Shown here in pieces: positions 44,541-56,600 of a DNA stretch of 64,000 bases. The DNA comes from Felis catus (taxonomy: Eukaryota). Positions within the stretch are counted from its first letter, which is position 1. Every line of letters starts with the position of its first letter. A model generated the notes under the pieces. That model saw only the letters and a program-made list of their open reading frames with translations. It searched no databases and was not told where the DNA came from. The translations under genes and the position numbers were made by a program. The stretch covers positions 68,076,001 to 68,140,000 of the forward strand of contig NC_058384.1 in NCBI RefSeq assembly GCF_018350175.1. The letters are read 5' to 3'.

Positions 44541-45986
44541 TCCAGCAAAGTGCTTTCTCCCCGAAGGGGCCCTCTCACCCCTTCCACCCTGTTCCTTGAT
44601 TCTCAGGACTTCACTTGGGAGTGTTTTGTGGGCTGGGCCTTGTGTTGGAGCAGGGAGTAGTGTGGACACGGTTCAGCATCGGCTGAATGAGAGGTTTTGT
44701 CGGAAGCCTGGGGTAGAATCCCGCTTCTCCCCGAACCTTACCAAAGTATTAATGTACAGAGTAGCCCCTTCCCTGGGCCTCTCCTGTGCCAATCTGATAC
44801 CCCCTTCCCCAAGAAGGTGGGTGCTTGAGGCCTGGGCAGCGTGCCTCCTTGAAATGAGAAAAGCCTAATGGGGCAATCACCTTTCTAGGGAAGGGGGAAC
44901 GAATCACACCTTTGGTCTACCCTTGGGCTCAGATCCCTCTCAACAACTCTCCCTCCCAGTGGTTAAACTTTGTGCCTTTGACCATCTCCTAGGTCTGAAG
45001 AGATTTTATGCAAAGAGTTCTTGAGCCCCTGAGGTCGAGGATGAGAGTGCTGACACCTTGGCTTCGGGGACCCTGTCCTCTCCTTGCTCAGCACCCACTC
45101 CACCTCCACCCCAGTTTAGGTTGGGAGAGCAGAGGCAGGAATGGCAGCTGGCCCCTGTCCCTGGGGAAAATGCAACCCTTAGAGATTGCCTCAGAGCCCC
45201 CCTCTCCCTGGCCGGTGGGGAGATGGACCCCTCCCTTGCTCAGTGCCTCCTGGCCAGGGGGGGGCCCCTCACCCAAGGGGTCTGTATATACATTTTGTAA
45301 GTCCCTCCCCCACCTCCCAATTTGCATGCATGTTATACTCTACAGCCAAAGCGTCGCCCTCGTTGCCCTGGGTCCTGCAGCCTCTTCCCTGCCTCTTGCT
45401 GGGGTGGGGGTGGGGGTGTGTGTGACAGGATTCAGGCCTCCTGAACTGGTAACTGCGGGTTTGTGGAGGCAGGAACGAGGGCAATGAGACTAAAGCAGTA
45501 GACAATCCCCAAATACCATCTGTAGATTTGGAACTACACTTACTTTGATTTTATACGCGTATATTTTATGGCTGTGGATTTACTTTCCTTATTTGTTTTC
45601 TCTGGCTTATCTGGAGCACAGAATGATAATAGTCAATTACATGTACACATCACCTCTTTGCCTTTTCGAAGCCCTTTTATAAGGACTAGCATTTCCCTCC
45701 TCCTGGCCTGGGCACGATCTTTTCCGCCAGAGACTGCGGCCTTGGAAGTGGATCGCGAGCCGGGACTAGGAAAGCCTGGGCCTCCCGGAGGCCAGGCGGC
45801 CTAGTGCACGACCTGAGCTTCTGAGCTTCGGTGTCAGGCTGACGCCCCCCACCCCGGGAGCCAGCCCTGCTGCTGGGGGCTCCGCCTGCGGACTGGGAGT
45901 GGGGGAGTGTCTCCACGGTCTTCGTCCTCGCCTTTTTGTTTGGGTGTCTTCGCGGGTGTCACTTATACCAAAGGGAAATCCTCTTT

Positions 45987-45992
45987 ATTAAA
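45987..45992 (+). terminator. SHC1 polyadenylation signal ATTAAA
   Basis: ATTAAA followed by T/GT-rich sequence at the end of a 3' UTR of about 1.45 kb, immediately before the PYGO2 CpG island. Confidence 0.65.
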
Positions 45993-46039
45993 GTCCCTGT
46001 TTCTTCTACCTCGGCCTCAAGGTCCCTGCTGCTTGTGGT

Positions 46040-46358
46040 TGGCCGCGGCCGGGCGAGGGTGGGAGTGGGGGAGGGGGGGGAGGCGGGGCGGCCCCTCCCG
46101 CAGCTGCGCCTCCAGCCTCCCCCCTCCCCCCCAGGCTCCGGCTCCGGGTGGTCCGGCCCGGGCCCCGCCCCTCGCCGCGCGGCGGCGGCCACGCCGACTT
46201 CCGCTTCCGGCTGCTGCCGCGGCCGCGGGCGGGCGGCTGGCGCTGCGCTCGGCGCCTGGCCTCGCCGCCCGGCCTGGCCGCTCCTCGCGGGCGCCCCGAG
46301 CCCCCTCCCGGCGATGGTGCCGCCCGAGGGCGCGTCCGTCCGCCGCCGCCGCTGACCC
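46040..46358 (+). promoter_or_regulatory. PYGO2 CpG-island promoter and 5' UTR
   Basis: GC boxes and tandem ETS sites CTTCCGCTTCCGG near 46198-46210; CpG-dense. Confidence 0.75.
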
Positions 46359-48524
46359 NNNNNNNNNNNNNNNNNNNNNNNNNNNNNNNNNNNNNNNNNN
46401 NNNNNNNNNNNNNNNNNNNNNNNNNNNNNNNNNNNNNNNNNNNNNNNNNNNNNNNNNNNNNNNNNNNNNNNNNNNNNNNNNNNNNNNNNNGACCTGGCGG
46501 CCGGGGGGACGTTGGCGGGTGGGCGCAGGCGGGGGTTCCTGGGACCGGGGGACCCGAAGGGAGGCTCGGGCGGGGGGACGGGGGGGGTCCTTGTCACAGA
46601 TTGGGGACTCTAGGGTTTGGAGACGCACGGACTTCAGGAGCCACTTGGGAGTCTGAGGGCATCGGGGTGGGGTGGGGGGTCTCATTTAAGGGAGCAGGCA
46701 GCCGAGAGTGCGGCCGTGCAGCGTTCTTCGTAGCGCACCTTTGTTCGTGTTTGTTAAGTGAATGAGCAAGCGCGTGTCCAAGTTAGAAGAGCTGCTCCGG
46801 CGCGTCCGGGAGGCAGGAGGTCGGGGCAGCCTCAGGGAGATGCGTTTGGGTCTGCATTCTGCTGCTCTTCCTAGGTCTGCAGATGAAGAGCCCAGAAAAG
46901 AAGCGAAGGAAGTCAAATACTCAGGTGAATGGTGCTTGACGGTGGGGGTGACTCCTAGCTGCCACTCCAGTAGGCTGGGATGTAGCCTCTCCTGCGGGGA
47001 GAAGAGAAAGTTTCCTTGCTTCTGGTCCTGTCCCTCAACTTCCTGACGGGGGGGGGGGGGGGGGGGCGGTGGGCGAGGGCTGTGTGTGAGGCCACTTGAC
47101 CAAGGATCTTATCTGTCAGGAAGAGGCATCTTTTTTCTAGCACTTTGTGCTGTTAGTACTTTAGCAGCTTTGGGAGATGGGCACTGCCCCTATTTTACAC
47201 AGGATCTGAGGCTTTAACAAGTTGAGTACCTGTTCGAGGGTCTCCAGATTATTTGGAGTCAGAGCTAGGATTCCAGCGCAGTTCTGTCTGCTTTTTCCAC
47301 CCCCTGTTTCCATTGTGTTCTGAGGTTTGTCTTGACTTGGGATCCGAGCTGGCCTTTACCAGCCTCCAGAACAACTCCTGCATTTCTACGGCTCTGCTGG
47401 CTTCTAGCTGTGTGTTTCCTTCTGTGATCCTTTCTTCGTCCTCTGTTCCCCACTAGGGTCCTGCTTACTCACATCTGACGGAGTTTGCACCACCCCCGAC
47501 TCCCATGGTGGATCACCTGGTTGCATCCAACCCTTTTGAGGATGACTTCGGAGCCCCTAAGGTGGGGGGCGCAGCCCCTCCGTTCCTTGGCAGTCCTGTC
47601 CCTTTTGGAGGCTTCCGCGTACAGGGGGGCATGGCAGGCCAGGTACCCCCAGGCTACGGCACTGGAGGTGGAGGGGGTCCCCAGCCTCTCCGTCGCCAGC
47701 CCCCTCCTTTCCCTCCCAATCCTATGGGCCCAGCTTTCAACATGCCCCCCCAGGGCCCTGGCTACGCACCTCCAGGCAACATGAACTTTCCTGGCCAAGC
47801 CTTCAACCAGCCTCTGGGCCAAAACTTCAGCCCTCCTGGTGGGCAGATGATGCCAGGCCCGGTGGGAGGATTTGGCCCCATGATCTCACCCACCATGGGA
47901 CAGCCTCCCAGAGGGGAGCTGGGCCCTCCTTCTCTCCCCCAACGCTTTGCCCAGCCAGGCGCACCTTTTGGCCCTTCTCCTCTCCAGAGACCTGGTCAGG
48001 GGCTCCCCAGCCTGCCCCCAAACACAAGTCCCTTCCCTGGTCCGGACCCTGGCTTTCCTGGCCCTGGTGGTGAGGATGGGGGAAAGCCCTTGAATCCCCC
48101 TGCTCCCACTGCGTTTCCCCCAGAGCCTCACTCAGGCTCCCCAGCTGCTGCCGTTAACGGGAACCAGCCCAGCTTCCCCCCAAACGGCAGTGGGCGCGGG
48201 GGGGGAACCCCAGATGCCAACAGCCTGGCGCCCCCCAGCAAAGCTGGCGGGGGGTCAGGGCCTCAGCCTCCCCCGGGCCTGGTGTATCCGTGTGGCGCCT
48301 GTCGCAGCGAGGTGAATGACGACCAGGACGCCATCCTGTGCGAGGCCTCCTGCCAGAAGTGGTTCCATCGCGAGTGCACAGGCATGACTGAGAGCGCGTA
48401 CGGGCTGCTGACCACCGAGGCCTCCGCCGTCTGGGCTTGCGATCTCTGCCTCAAGACCAAGGAGATCCAGTCTGTGTACATCCGCGAGGGCGTGGGGCAG
48501 CTGGTGGCTGCTAACGACGGCTGA
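46359..48524 (+). CDS. PYGO2: Pygopus family PHD finger 2; coding exon 1 in N-gap 46359-46490, exon 2 46875-46924, exon 3 47457-48524
   Basis: Exon 2 (G)LQMKSPEKKRRKSNTQ carries the NLS. Exon 3 has the NPF motif DHLVASNPFEDDF and the C-terminal PHD finger CGAC...CEASCQKWFHRECTG...CDLC. The start is inferred to lie in the gap. Confidence 0.95.
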
Positions 48525-50203
48525 CCCTGGCGAGGGTGAGGGTTCCCAAGTCTGGCTCTCGGTCCTCGTTTCCACTGGCTTCCTGTCCCCAGGGGGCAGA
48601 GACACGGTGGCTCCTGAGGGCAGAGAAGGACCTGAGGTGGGCAGGCAGAAGAGTCTGGATCGCTCGCTTTTCTGGAAAATTACCCGTACACGTTGAGATC
48701 TGCAGAGATCAGGAAACCAAAGCCCTACCAGCGTTGTGGTGGCTCCCATCTCTGAAGGCCTAGGGGTGTGGCTGCAACAGAGAAGAGGCTGGAAGAAGAT
48801 CCGGAGGGCAGGGGTCTCCTCTGTGCAGATGACGGACGCCCCAGCACCTGTGCCTAACACTCCTGTCCAGCCCCGCAGCTGCAGCCTTAGTTTTTGGAGT
48901 GAAGTGTTAAAGGTTTCTGGCCAGAGGAGTCGGGGTCCCATCCCCGCGGTAATGCTCTCATGGGCTTTAGGAGACAGCTTTAGGTAATAAATGGGGACTT
49001 TTCCCTTTTCTTACCCTCCCCTTGCCTCCTCCACGACGTACCCAAGCCTCACCCCCTCAGACAACCAAATAGCTTGGAGAAGCAGGAGAGCGCTCGGCTG
49101 GGGCAGTTTCTTGGTGATTTGGGGCTTCAAGACTGTGCGAAAGAGATGCTGTCCGGACCTGTGTCCCTCATACCAAAGCCACTGGCCCTTTCTCAGCCTC
49201 TCTCGGGCTTTTAATGACCATAATTTTGCCAAAAATTGGGATATGTGGTCTGACCGGAATATTTGAGGTTTGGACTGTCCTGGGACCTGGGACTCTGGTT
49301 GTACAGTGCTCCCCATGCCCCCCCCCCCCCCCCCCCCCGCCCTCGGTTTGTTGCACAGTAGTGTTGGCGCTGGTCTGGAGCTTTCGACACCTGTATTCCT
49401 CTGCCTCCCTGGCTTGACTGAAGGAAAGCTTGAAAAGGCATGGAGCCCTTATACCTCATCTCCTGACAAGGCTCCCTGGCCCAGCCCGTGGGGGAGGGAG
49501 GCCGTGGGACCGTCATAGCCATGGCCCCCGAAGTGCAGTCCATAGCCTGGGTGTGTTCTACCTTTCTGTAGACCTTTTGGGGCCAGGTGATCTAGTAGTT
49601 CTCACTCCTCTCCGCCAGAGCCCCACACTGGGCTGTATGTGTCCATATACTGATTCGTAGGCGCTGCCTGCTGGATGTGGGTCCCGGGCGGGCTCCGGCT
49701 GGTGCACACGGTTCTCAGCGGGGCGGGGGAGCAGGCACACATGTGGTCTGGTGAGGAGNNNNNNNNNNNNNNNNNNNNNNNNNNNNNNNNNNNNNNNNNN
49801 NNNNNNNNNNNNNNNNNNNNNNNNNNNNNNNNNNNNNNNNNNNNNNNNNNNNNNNNNNNNNNNNNNNNNNNNNNNNNNNNNNNNNNNNNTGAAGAACTCA
49901 TTTGCCTGCACGGGTGGAGCCAGCCGCTTTCGAGGCCGTGGGAAGGGAGAGGGGCCTCGGCTTCCCTCCCCCGGTGTCCGGCCTCCCGCCCCCGGCTGTG
50001 TGTTGTGTTTGTGGTTCTGTGGCCCCTCTTTTATCTGTTGCTATTTTTGTGACGTCTCCCCCCCCCCCCCCATTCCTCCGCCATCTCCGCCTTTTGTAAG
50101 TGGCTCCTGGGGAGGGGTCTGCTCAATCGCCCCCTCTACACTATTTGGAAGGAACTGGGGGTGGCAGAGATGTGGTGGTGGGGGTCTTTTGTACGGTTGG
50201 ATT

Positions 50204-50209
50204 AATAAA
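50204..50209 (+). terminator. PYGO2 polyadenylation signal AATAAA
   Basis: AATAAA preceded by a TGTA element, about 1.7 kb after the stop. Confidence 0.75.
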
Positions 50210-50939
50210 ATGACTTGAAAGTCCAGACGAAGACTCCTGGCTGTTTCAGCACACGAAGGTTGGAACGAACCTCTGCCACCGCCGGCGCTGATGCCTGAGG
50301 GGTGAGGATACCTACGTGCCCAGGGTTCGTGGAAGAGAGAAGAGAGAATGGTGGAGATTCTGGCCCCTGAGGTGACCTTGGTACGAGGCGAGGAGCCGAG
50401 GGAGGCCTGTGTGCGCCACCCCTCCCCCTGCGTCCCTGGTGTGGGAAAGCAGTTCTTTTCTGGGCACATTCCTGGACCCGGCCTGGAGCCAGGGCCCCAG
50501 GGAGGCAAGTGCCGTTGGTGTTTCTGGGTTTAGTGCCTACTGCCCCGCCCCAGTTGTTTGGGTTAGGGGTCAAGTAGAGCTCCAGGTCAAGTGCAGTGGG
50601 AAGGGGGCTGCCCCTGGTCTAGCAGATTTCCCTTGGGCATGCTTTCCAGGTGTCCCCTTTAGAAAAGTAGCAGTGGCATCCTTAATCTGCACCGGCCCAG
50701 GGCGAGGAGAGCGGTGGGAGGGTTATTTACAACCCACGGGATGCCATCTCCCTTCCCCCATCCTGCAGCTGTCCCTGTCTGTCCTGGGGTCGACCTGGCC
50801 CCTCCGGTCTCGGGAGGTACCACCCTTCGCTTTCAGTTTTGGGTCTTCCCCCTAGCAACTGTTTCTACACTGGGAAAGTAGGCGAGGTCACCGAAAACCC
50901 AGCTTGCGGGAAGTTCAGCCGATCGTGGGAGGAGAGCCC

Positions 50940-51140
50940 GGGGCCGGGGGCCCGGCAGGTCCCCCTCCCCTCCTCCGGCTCTCGATTCCAGCGCTGATTG
51001 GCCCAAAGTTTCCGCCCTCTCCGGGACACTGGTTCTTCATTGGCCAGTCCCGGTCACGTGGGCCCCTCCCCTCCTGGGCTGGAAACCCGGGGAGGCCGCA
51101 ACAAGTCGGGTGAGGACTGCGGGTACTGCTGGGTCAGGTG
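50940..51140 (+). promoter_or_regulatory. PBXIP1 promoter and non-coding exon 1
   Basis: CpG-rich. Two ATTGG boxes (about 50997 and 51039) and GGTCACGTGG (E-box at 51055-51060). Candidate donors GG|GTGAGG at 51109 and CAG|GTGAGG at 51137. Confidence 0.65.
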
Positions 51141-52795
51141 AGGCCCCGGCGGGGCAGGGGTCGCGCGGACCCCATCACACGGGAGGGGCGTGGGCTGCCC
51201 CGGGGACCCGGGAGCTGCTGGTCCCTGCTGGGCCTGGAGAGGCGGCGTCCGGGACGGCCGTGTCCCGGACCGGCACTTGCTCCGGCGCCCCGGGCAGGTT
51301 CTGGTGGCGCGGGGGTCCTTTGCTTCCGAGGTTTGGGGCGGCCACCCCTACAGGGCTTGAGTTGGGCCAGACTCGCCAGCTTGTGCAGGGGGGAGAGCTC
51401 CCCCTTTAGCTGTCCTCTAGGAACAGCAGAGTGTCTGACAAGCCTCAAGGTCCGTTTTTGTGGGGAGGGGTGGAGGTGGAGAGGTAGACCGGAACGAGAT
51501 CTGAAACCCCACGGGGAGCGATGTAGGTTGGACCGAGAAGGGAACTTCCTAAAAAGGTAAAGCGATGCGGGCTGAGGAGAACGGGGCCATCTTTTGGAAT
51601 CTTGGATGCACTCTACGGACAGAGCAGTTGCAGAGTTTGGAACTCTGGGTGCAGGGGTTCCAGACTGTCTCCTGTTTGGGGTTCAGAAGTATTTGTCTTC
51701 GTTGACCCAAATGCCGGGGCTGGTTTCCGTGGAGACAGTGAGTCTGACATCACCCCGGTTGCCATGGTTCCTGGTTCTGGAGGACCCGAGCAGGCTGTAC
51801 ACAGCCAGGGAGAAACAGAGACTTCAGCCCAAGCTGCTGCCACTTCCTTCCTGCCACCACCTGTTAACAGTCACGCGCAGCAAATGGGAACCGGGAGATG
51901 GTGACAGAAGGCGGCGGAAGGCCCGAGAGTGGCAGGCAGGCCTAACAGGGCTGGCTGTGTGGATGCCTTCAGAAGCTGGCCAGGGGGTCCCGTTGGATGT
52001 GGTGTGGGGGTCCTTGCAGCCATTCTCCTGTCTGCCTGTGGGTCGGCTGTGCGTGTCTAGGAGGCACAGGCCTTGGGGAAGACACCGTCAGCTGTCTGTC
52101 CCGGGCGTGGGTCTTGAAAGGCCACAGGAGTATCAGGACCCCGCGCAGGACTTGGCACCAGCTTAAATAGATAGGGGCCGCGCGGGGGTCCCTAAGCGTT
52201 TCTTCCCAAGCCTCACTTCCCTTCCTAGCGTTTCCTTACAGAGCCCCGCTCCTGTGCCCCCCGTTTGGCCCTTCTGTGAGTGGTCATGTGTCCTCCTCTG
52301 AAGGACCACAGCCCAAGACTTGGGGGGGGGGGGTCAGCTCATCTTATCCTCCTGCCTTGTGCCAGGTCCCCGTCACAGCTGCCCAGACTCAGGGGACAGT
52401 CTTGGCTGGAGTGACAGGACAGGTCTCCCGCTCCTTACCCCACTTTGTGTCAGGCTTCAGAAGCTGGCGTGACTTCCCACCCCCACCTGCCGAGTCAGAG
52501 GCGAGTAGCAGGGCGCAGGGCCGCAGCCCTGATTTTCGTCTGCACTTTGCAAACCATAAGGTCTTGACAAACGATGGCTGTCTTTAAACCCTTTTCCCAG
52601 TTGCCTTGAGTTCCATGGGATGACACTGTGCAGATTACATAGAAAGGAAACAGAACTTAGAATGGAGAGTCAGCGTGATGAGGAGGTTTACCAAGGGTGT
52701 GCTGAAACGCGTCTGGGCCATGTCAGGTGTTCTCAGGCCGGACTGCACAGGAGAGAGCCTTCTGGGAGGTTTCCAAGAAGACCCATGCCTGGCGG

Positions 52796-53070
52796 GGGGC
52801 GCGCCTGGGGGCTCAGTCAGTGGAGCCGTCCGACTTCGGCTCGGGTCATGATCTCACCGTCCGTGAGTTCGAGCCCCAAGTTGGGCTCTGTGTTGACAGC
52901 TCAGAGCCTGGAGCCTGCTTCGAATTCTGTATCTCCCTCTCTNNNNNNNNNNNNNNNNNNNNNNNNNNNNNNNNNNNNNNNNNNNNNNNNNNNNNNNNNN
53001 NNNNNNNNNNNNNNNNNNNNNNNNNNNNNNNNNNNNNNNNNNNNNNNNNNNNNNNNNNNNNNNNNNNNNN
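52796..53070 (+). mobile_element. Can-SINE (SINEC_Fc-like), 3' part in an N-gap, apparently inserted in a MER5-like remnant
   Basis: GGGGCGCGCCTGGGGGCTCAGTCAGTGGAGCCGTCCGACTTCGGCTCGGGTCATGATCTCACCG...GACAGCTCAGAGCCTGGAGCCTGCTTC. Confidence 0.88.
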
Positions 53071-53660
53071 NNGTCTGACCCGAAATCAGTTGAATCAGAA
53101 TCTCCGGCGGCCCCGGTGTGCAGCCAGCGTTGAGAACCCCTGACCAGCCTGTAGGAAGGATTTATGGTGGGCAGGACACTTCAGTGGGAAGGAGGCCATC
53201 CAGTCTCAGCTTCTGAGCCCCGGTGAGGGGCTTGGGGGGTGATTGTGGGGGAGCCTGGATGGTTGTTCTCTTCCCTCCTCCCATTAGCCGTTCACCCCGG
53301 GCAGGTTAGCAGCCTTGACGCCTCCATTTCCGCGGGCTCTAACCTGGGGGCGCTGGCCTGGATACCCCCAGATCCTCTCCAGCTCCGTGCTTTGACCTTT
53401 CAAAGTCAGTTCAGTCTCCCAGGGACCGCAGGTGAACTTCTCTGTGTGTGCTGACAGGTGCTGATCTGCAAGAGCCGATACTGCCCGGGAAAGTTCAAGT
53501 GTCAGGGTTCGAAGGGTTGGTTCTGGAAGCCACTGCTCAGCCCCGGGAACCCAGCCAAGGCTGCTCTCTGCATCCTGCCTTTGCTGAAGGGAACCGGGGT
53601 CCTTAAGAGCACTTTTCTCCGCAGGTGGCAGCCACAGCCCCCTCGGGGACCCCAGCAACC

Positions 53661-56600
53661 ATGGCTTCCTGCCCAGACTCTGACAACAGCTGGGTGCTTG
53701 CTGGCTCAGAGGTAGGACGCAGGCCTGGGAACCCTGTGGGAGAGAAGTTCCTGCGGGGCTGGGTTGCTTTTTGGGTCTGTCCCCTTGCTCGGTTCTGCTG
53801 GGCACCTGTGTCACCTCGTGCTGGCGGCCGAGAGGAGCTCCAGGGGCAGGAGGAAGGGGAGCAGGCCCCAGGAGTCAGGTGTGAGGATTGGCTCGGGCCC
53901 AAGCAGCGTCAGCTGCTGAGAGTAGGGGACCTGAGGCAACGCCAGGAAAGCCATCTGGGGGGAGACCGAGGAGGTGACGGGGTGAGGCGGGCACGTGTGT
54001 TATTGTTGGAGCGGAGTGGGGCAGAGCCTGAGAAACCCCGCCGAGGCCTCATGGGCCCGGCCCAGGCACGCGGGCCTCCTCCTGGGTGGGGGAGTCACAG
54101 AAGGGCTGTGAGTTTGAGGGCCTCGGGACAGTCACTGCCTGTGGGTGGGGTGAACGAGGGAGTGTTTTGAAGGTCGGGCAGCGCGGCTGGCAGTGGGGGC
54201 AGGAAGCCAGTGGGCTCCTGTGCCCCCAAAGCCACCAAGAAGGGGGAGGGGGCCGGAGAAAGCTCGTCAAGGGCCCCGGGGCCCCGTGACTTGGAGTGTT
54301 AGGACCGCCAGGGGGAGGGGTGTGAGGGTGGGAGCAAGGGCAGGACACAGGGCCTGGGGCCAGAGCCCCGGCCCAGAACGACTGTGGGGCCTTCCTCTCT
54401 GTCCCCCGCTGTAAGAGGGGGTTGTGATTCCTGGCTTAGAGGGGTGGCTGTGGTGAAACGAGTGGTTTGAAAACCGCACAGAAACGGACTGATGCGCACA
54501 GCGATCCTTGGAGGGCTTGCAGAAGCCCTGCTTGCGTGAGCGGGTGGCAGGCCTGCTGGGCAGGGGTGTGCAGGGAGGGCAGAGCTGGGGGGGAGGGGGC
54601 GGGCCAAGCTGTCGGCTGCCAGCAGCTTCGTGTGGGGCAGTGGAAGAGGCCAGAAAAGCCTGGAAGGTGCGAGTAAAGTGGGCGACCTGTCGAGTGGACG
54701 CCACAGGGAAACCCATGGGGAGAACATGATTGTGACCTTTAAGCGGCCAGGGGGCTGTGTTCTCTTGCCGGCCGCCCACCTCCCAGCCAGTCAGCAGCTT
54801 CCATTTGTGGGGAGGTGGGAGACCCCGGCTTTGGCTGGCTTCTTTGGGAGGGTGGGGGGCACCAAGTTCCTAAGCGATGGGGTGTCTTGGCCCAGCCGCA
54901 CTTTTCCATTGGCCAGCAGCTGCCTCTGGAAGTCCCTCACGGTGGCAGGGCAGGGCGGGGAGGGGAGGTCAAGCGAGGTCAGGGAGGTCAGGGAGAGGAG
55001 CTGCCGCCCGCCGCCCTCCCCCACCTCGCGTTAGCTCACTATGGCGCGTGTAGGTTTTTGTGAGATGTGGGTAGGGGTCCCCGGGCCGTGCGGCTGGCCC
55101 CAGGGACCCCAGCAGAGCACCCGTGCTCCTGGTTTGGAGCACCCCCTCCCCCAGGGCCTGCCCGTGGAGACCTTGGGCCCAGAGTCCAGGATGGACCCAG
55201 AACCCGAGAAAGCTCCCCAGGCCCCTCGGAGCCACTTCGAGGCAGCTGCTGATGAACTAGCTGGGGCCGTGAATGGAGAAGGTAACAGGCCCTCCTGAGG
55301 GCGGGTGCAGCCGCCTTCCTCTACGCTCTGGGGTCTCCTGCCCCTTCTAATCACAGCCAGAGGGCTGCGTGGGAAGTTCATCTGGGGGACAGTGGTATGT
55401 TTCCTGGGCCTTTTCATCCGCTGCAGAGACCCCCTTCCAGACTGAAAGTCCCCAGTGCGGTCCCGTTCTGCCAGAGAAGACCGAGGCCAAGGTGAGGACC
55501 TTCACCGGGTTGGGGAGGGCAACTGGAGAGGGGGGAGGCCTGGAGCCGCTCGTGGCTGTGTCTGCTCAGGGTGTCCTGGAAGGTGACGGTTGTGCCACGA
55601 AGCCCCCCGGCCTGGGAGACATGGTGGTCCAGAGAGACTTGGAGGAGGCCCCTGTGGTGGCAGGCCCAGAAGACACACGAGACACGCAGGACCTGGAGGG
55701 TCACAGCCCCCCACAGAGCCTGCCCTCATCTCCCAACGCAGGTGAGAGCCTTTTGGTCTCCGTGTTTCCTCTCCTTCTGGAAGGAATGGGGGGCAGGGCG
55801 TTTGCCGCTGAGCACGGTTCTGGTCCAGGCCCCGGCACTTAGCAGCATAGTGCTCGCCTTGCCCTGTGTCAGTGAAACCTCACCACTACCCCCGAGGCCT
55901 CGGGGAGGTCAAGTGACTTGACCGAGGTCACACAGCTGGTAAGCGGCAGGGCCTGGGTCTGCCTGACTCTTTCCCTTGTGCTACGAGGCCCCTTCTTTTC
56001 TCGCTTCTAGATTCAACTCTTGTTCCCTGAGCCTCTTTCACGTGTCAGTTCTGTGCCCAGGAGGGGAGGGGGGTGGGCGGTGCGTGGCCCGTGTGAGAAG
56101 CAGACTCGTCTGAACCAAATGCAAGTCAGACCAAGAGCGTGGGGAAAGGAGGGGGGAGGGGAGAGGAGGGGAAGGGAGGGGAGGGGAGAGGAGGGGAAGG
56201 GAGGGGAGGGGAGAGCGGTTCAGCCAGGGGACAGTTGAGGGAAGGGAGAGAGGGGTGGGAGCGGTCGGGGGAAGGTTCAGGTTGGAGGGCATCTTGAGAA
56301 GGCTGTTGGTCGTCAGCAGAGGCACGGGGCCGCCTGTCCCGCGCTGAGGAGCCTTTGGCCAAGGCTGTGGCCGAGGAGTGGGCGAGTCCTTCTTTGCTGA
56401 AGGACGGGGTGGAGGGAGAGGGCAAGACCTGGGCCGTTTAGGGCACAAGCGAGGTGCTCGCGAAAGCTGCCGAAGAGAGGGTAGGCAGACACGAGGCAGG
56501 GGTGTGGGGGGAGGGCCCGGGGGGAGGGCTCAGGTGGCCAGGTGGTAGCAGTGGGGTCGTTCTCTGAACGGGGGTGGGAGGGGCACCGGTGTGGAGGGTG

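Noticed and set aside
51039-51062. ER-stress element (ERSE) in the PBXIP1 promoter
   Set aside because: Orientation and spacing (ATTGG-N11-CACGTG) match neither ERSE-I (CCAAT-N9-CCACG) nor ERSE-II (ATTGG-N-CCACG). It is better read as an NF-Y/E-box pair.
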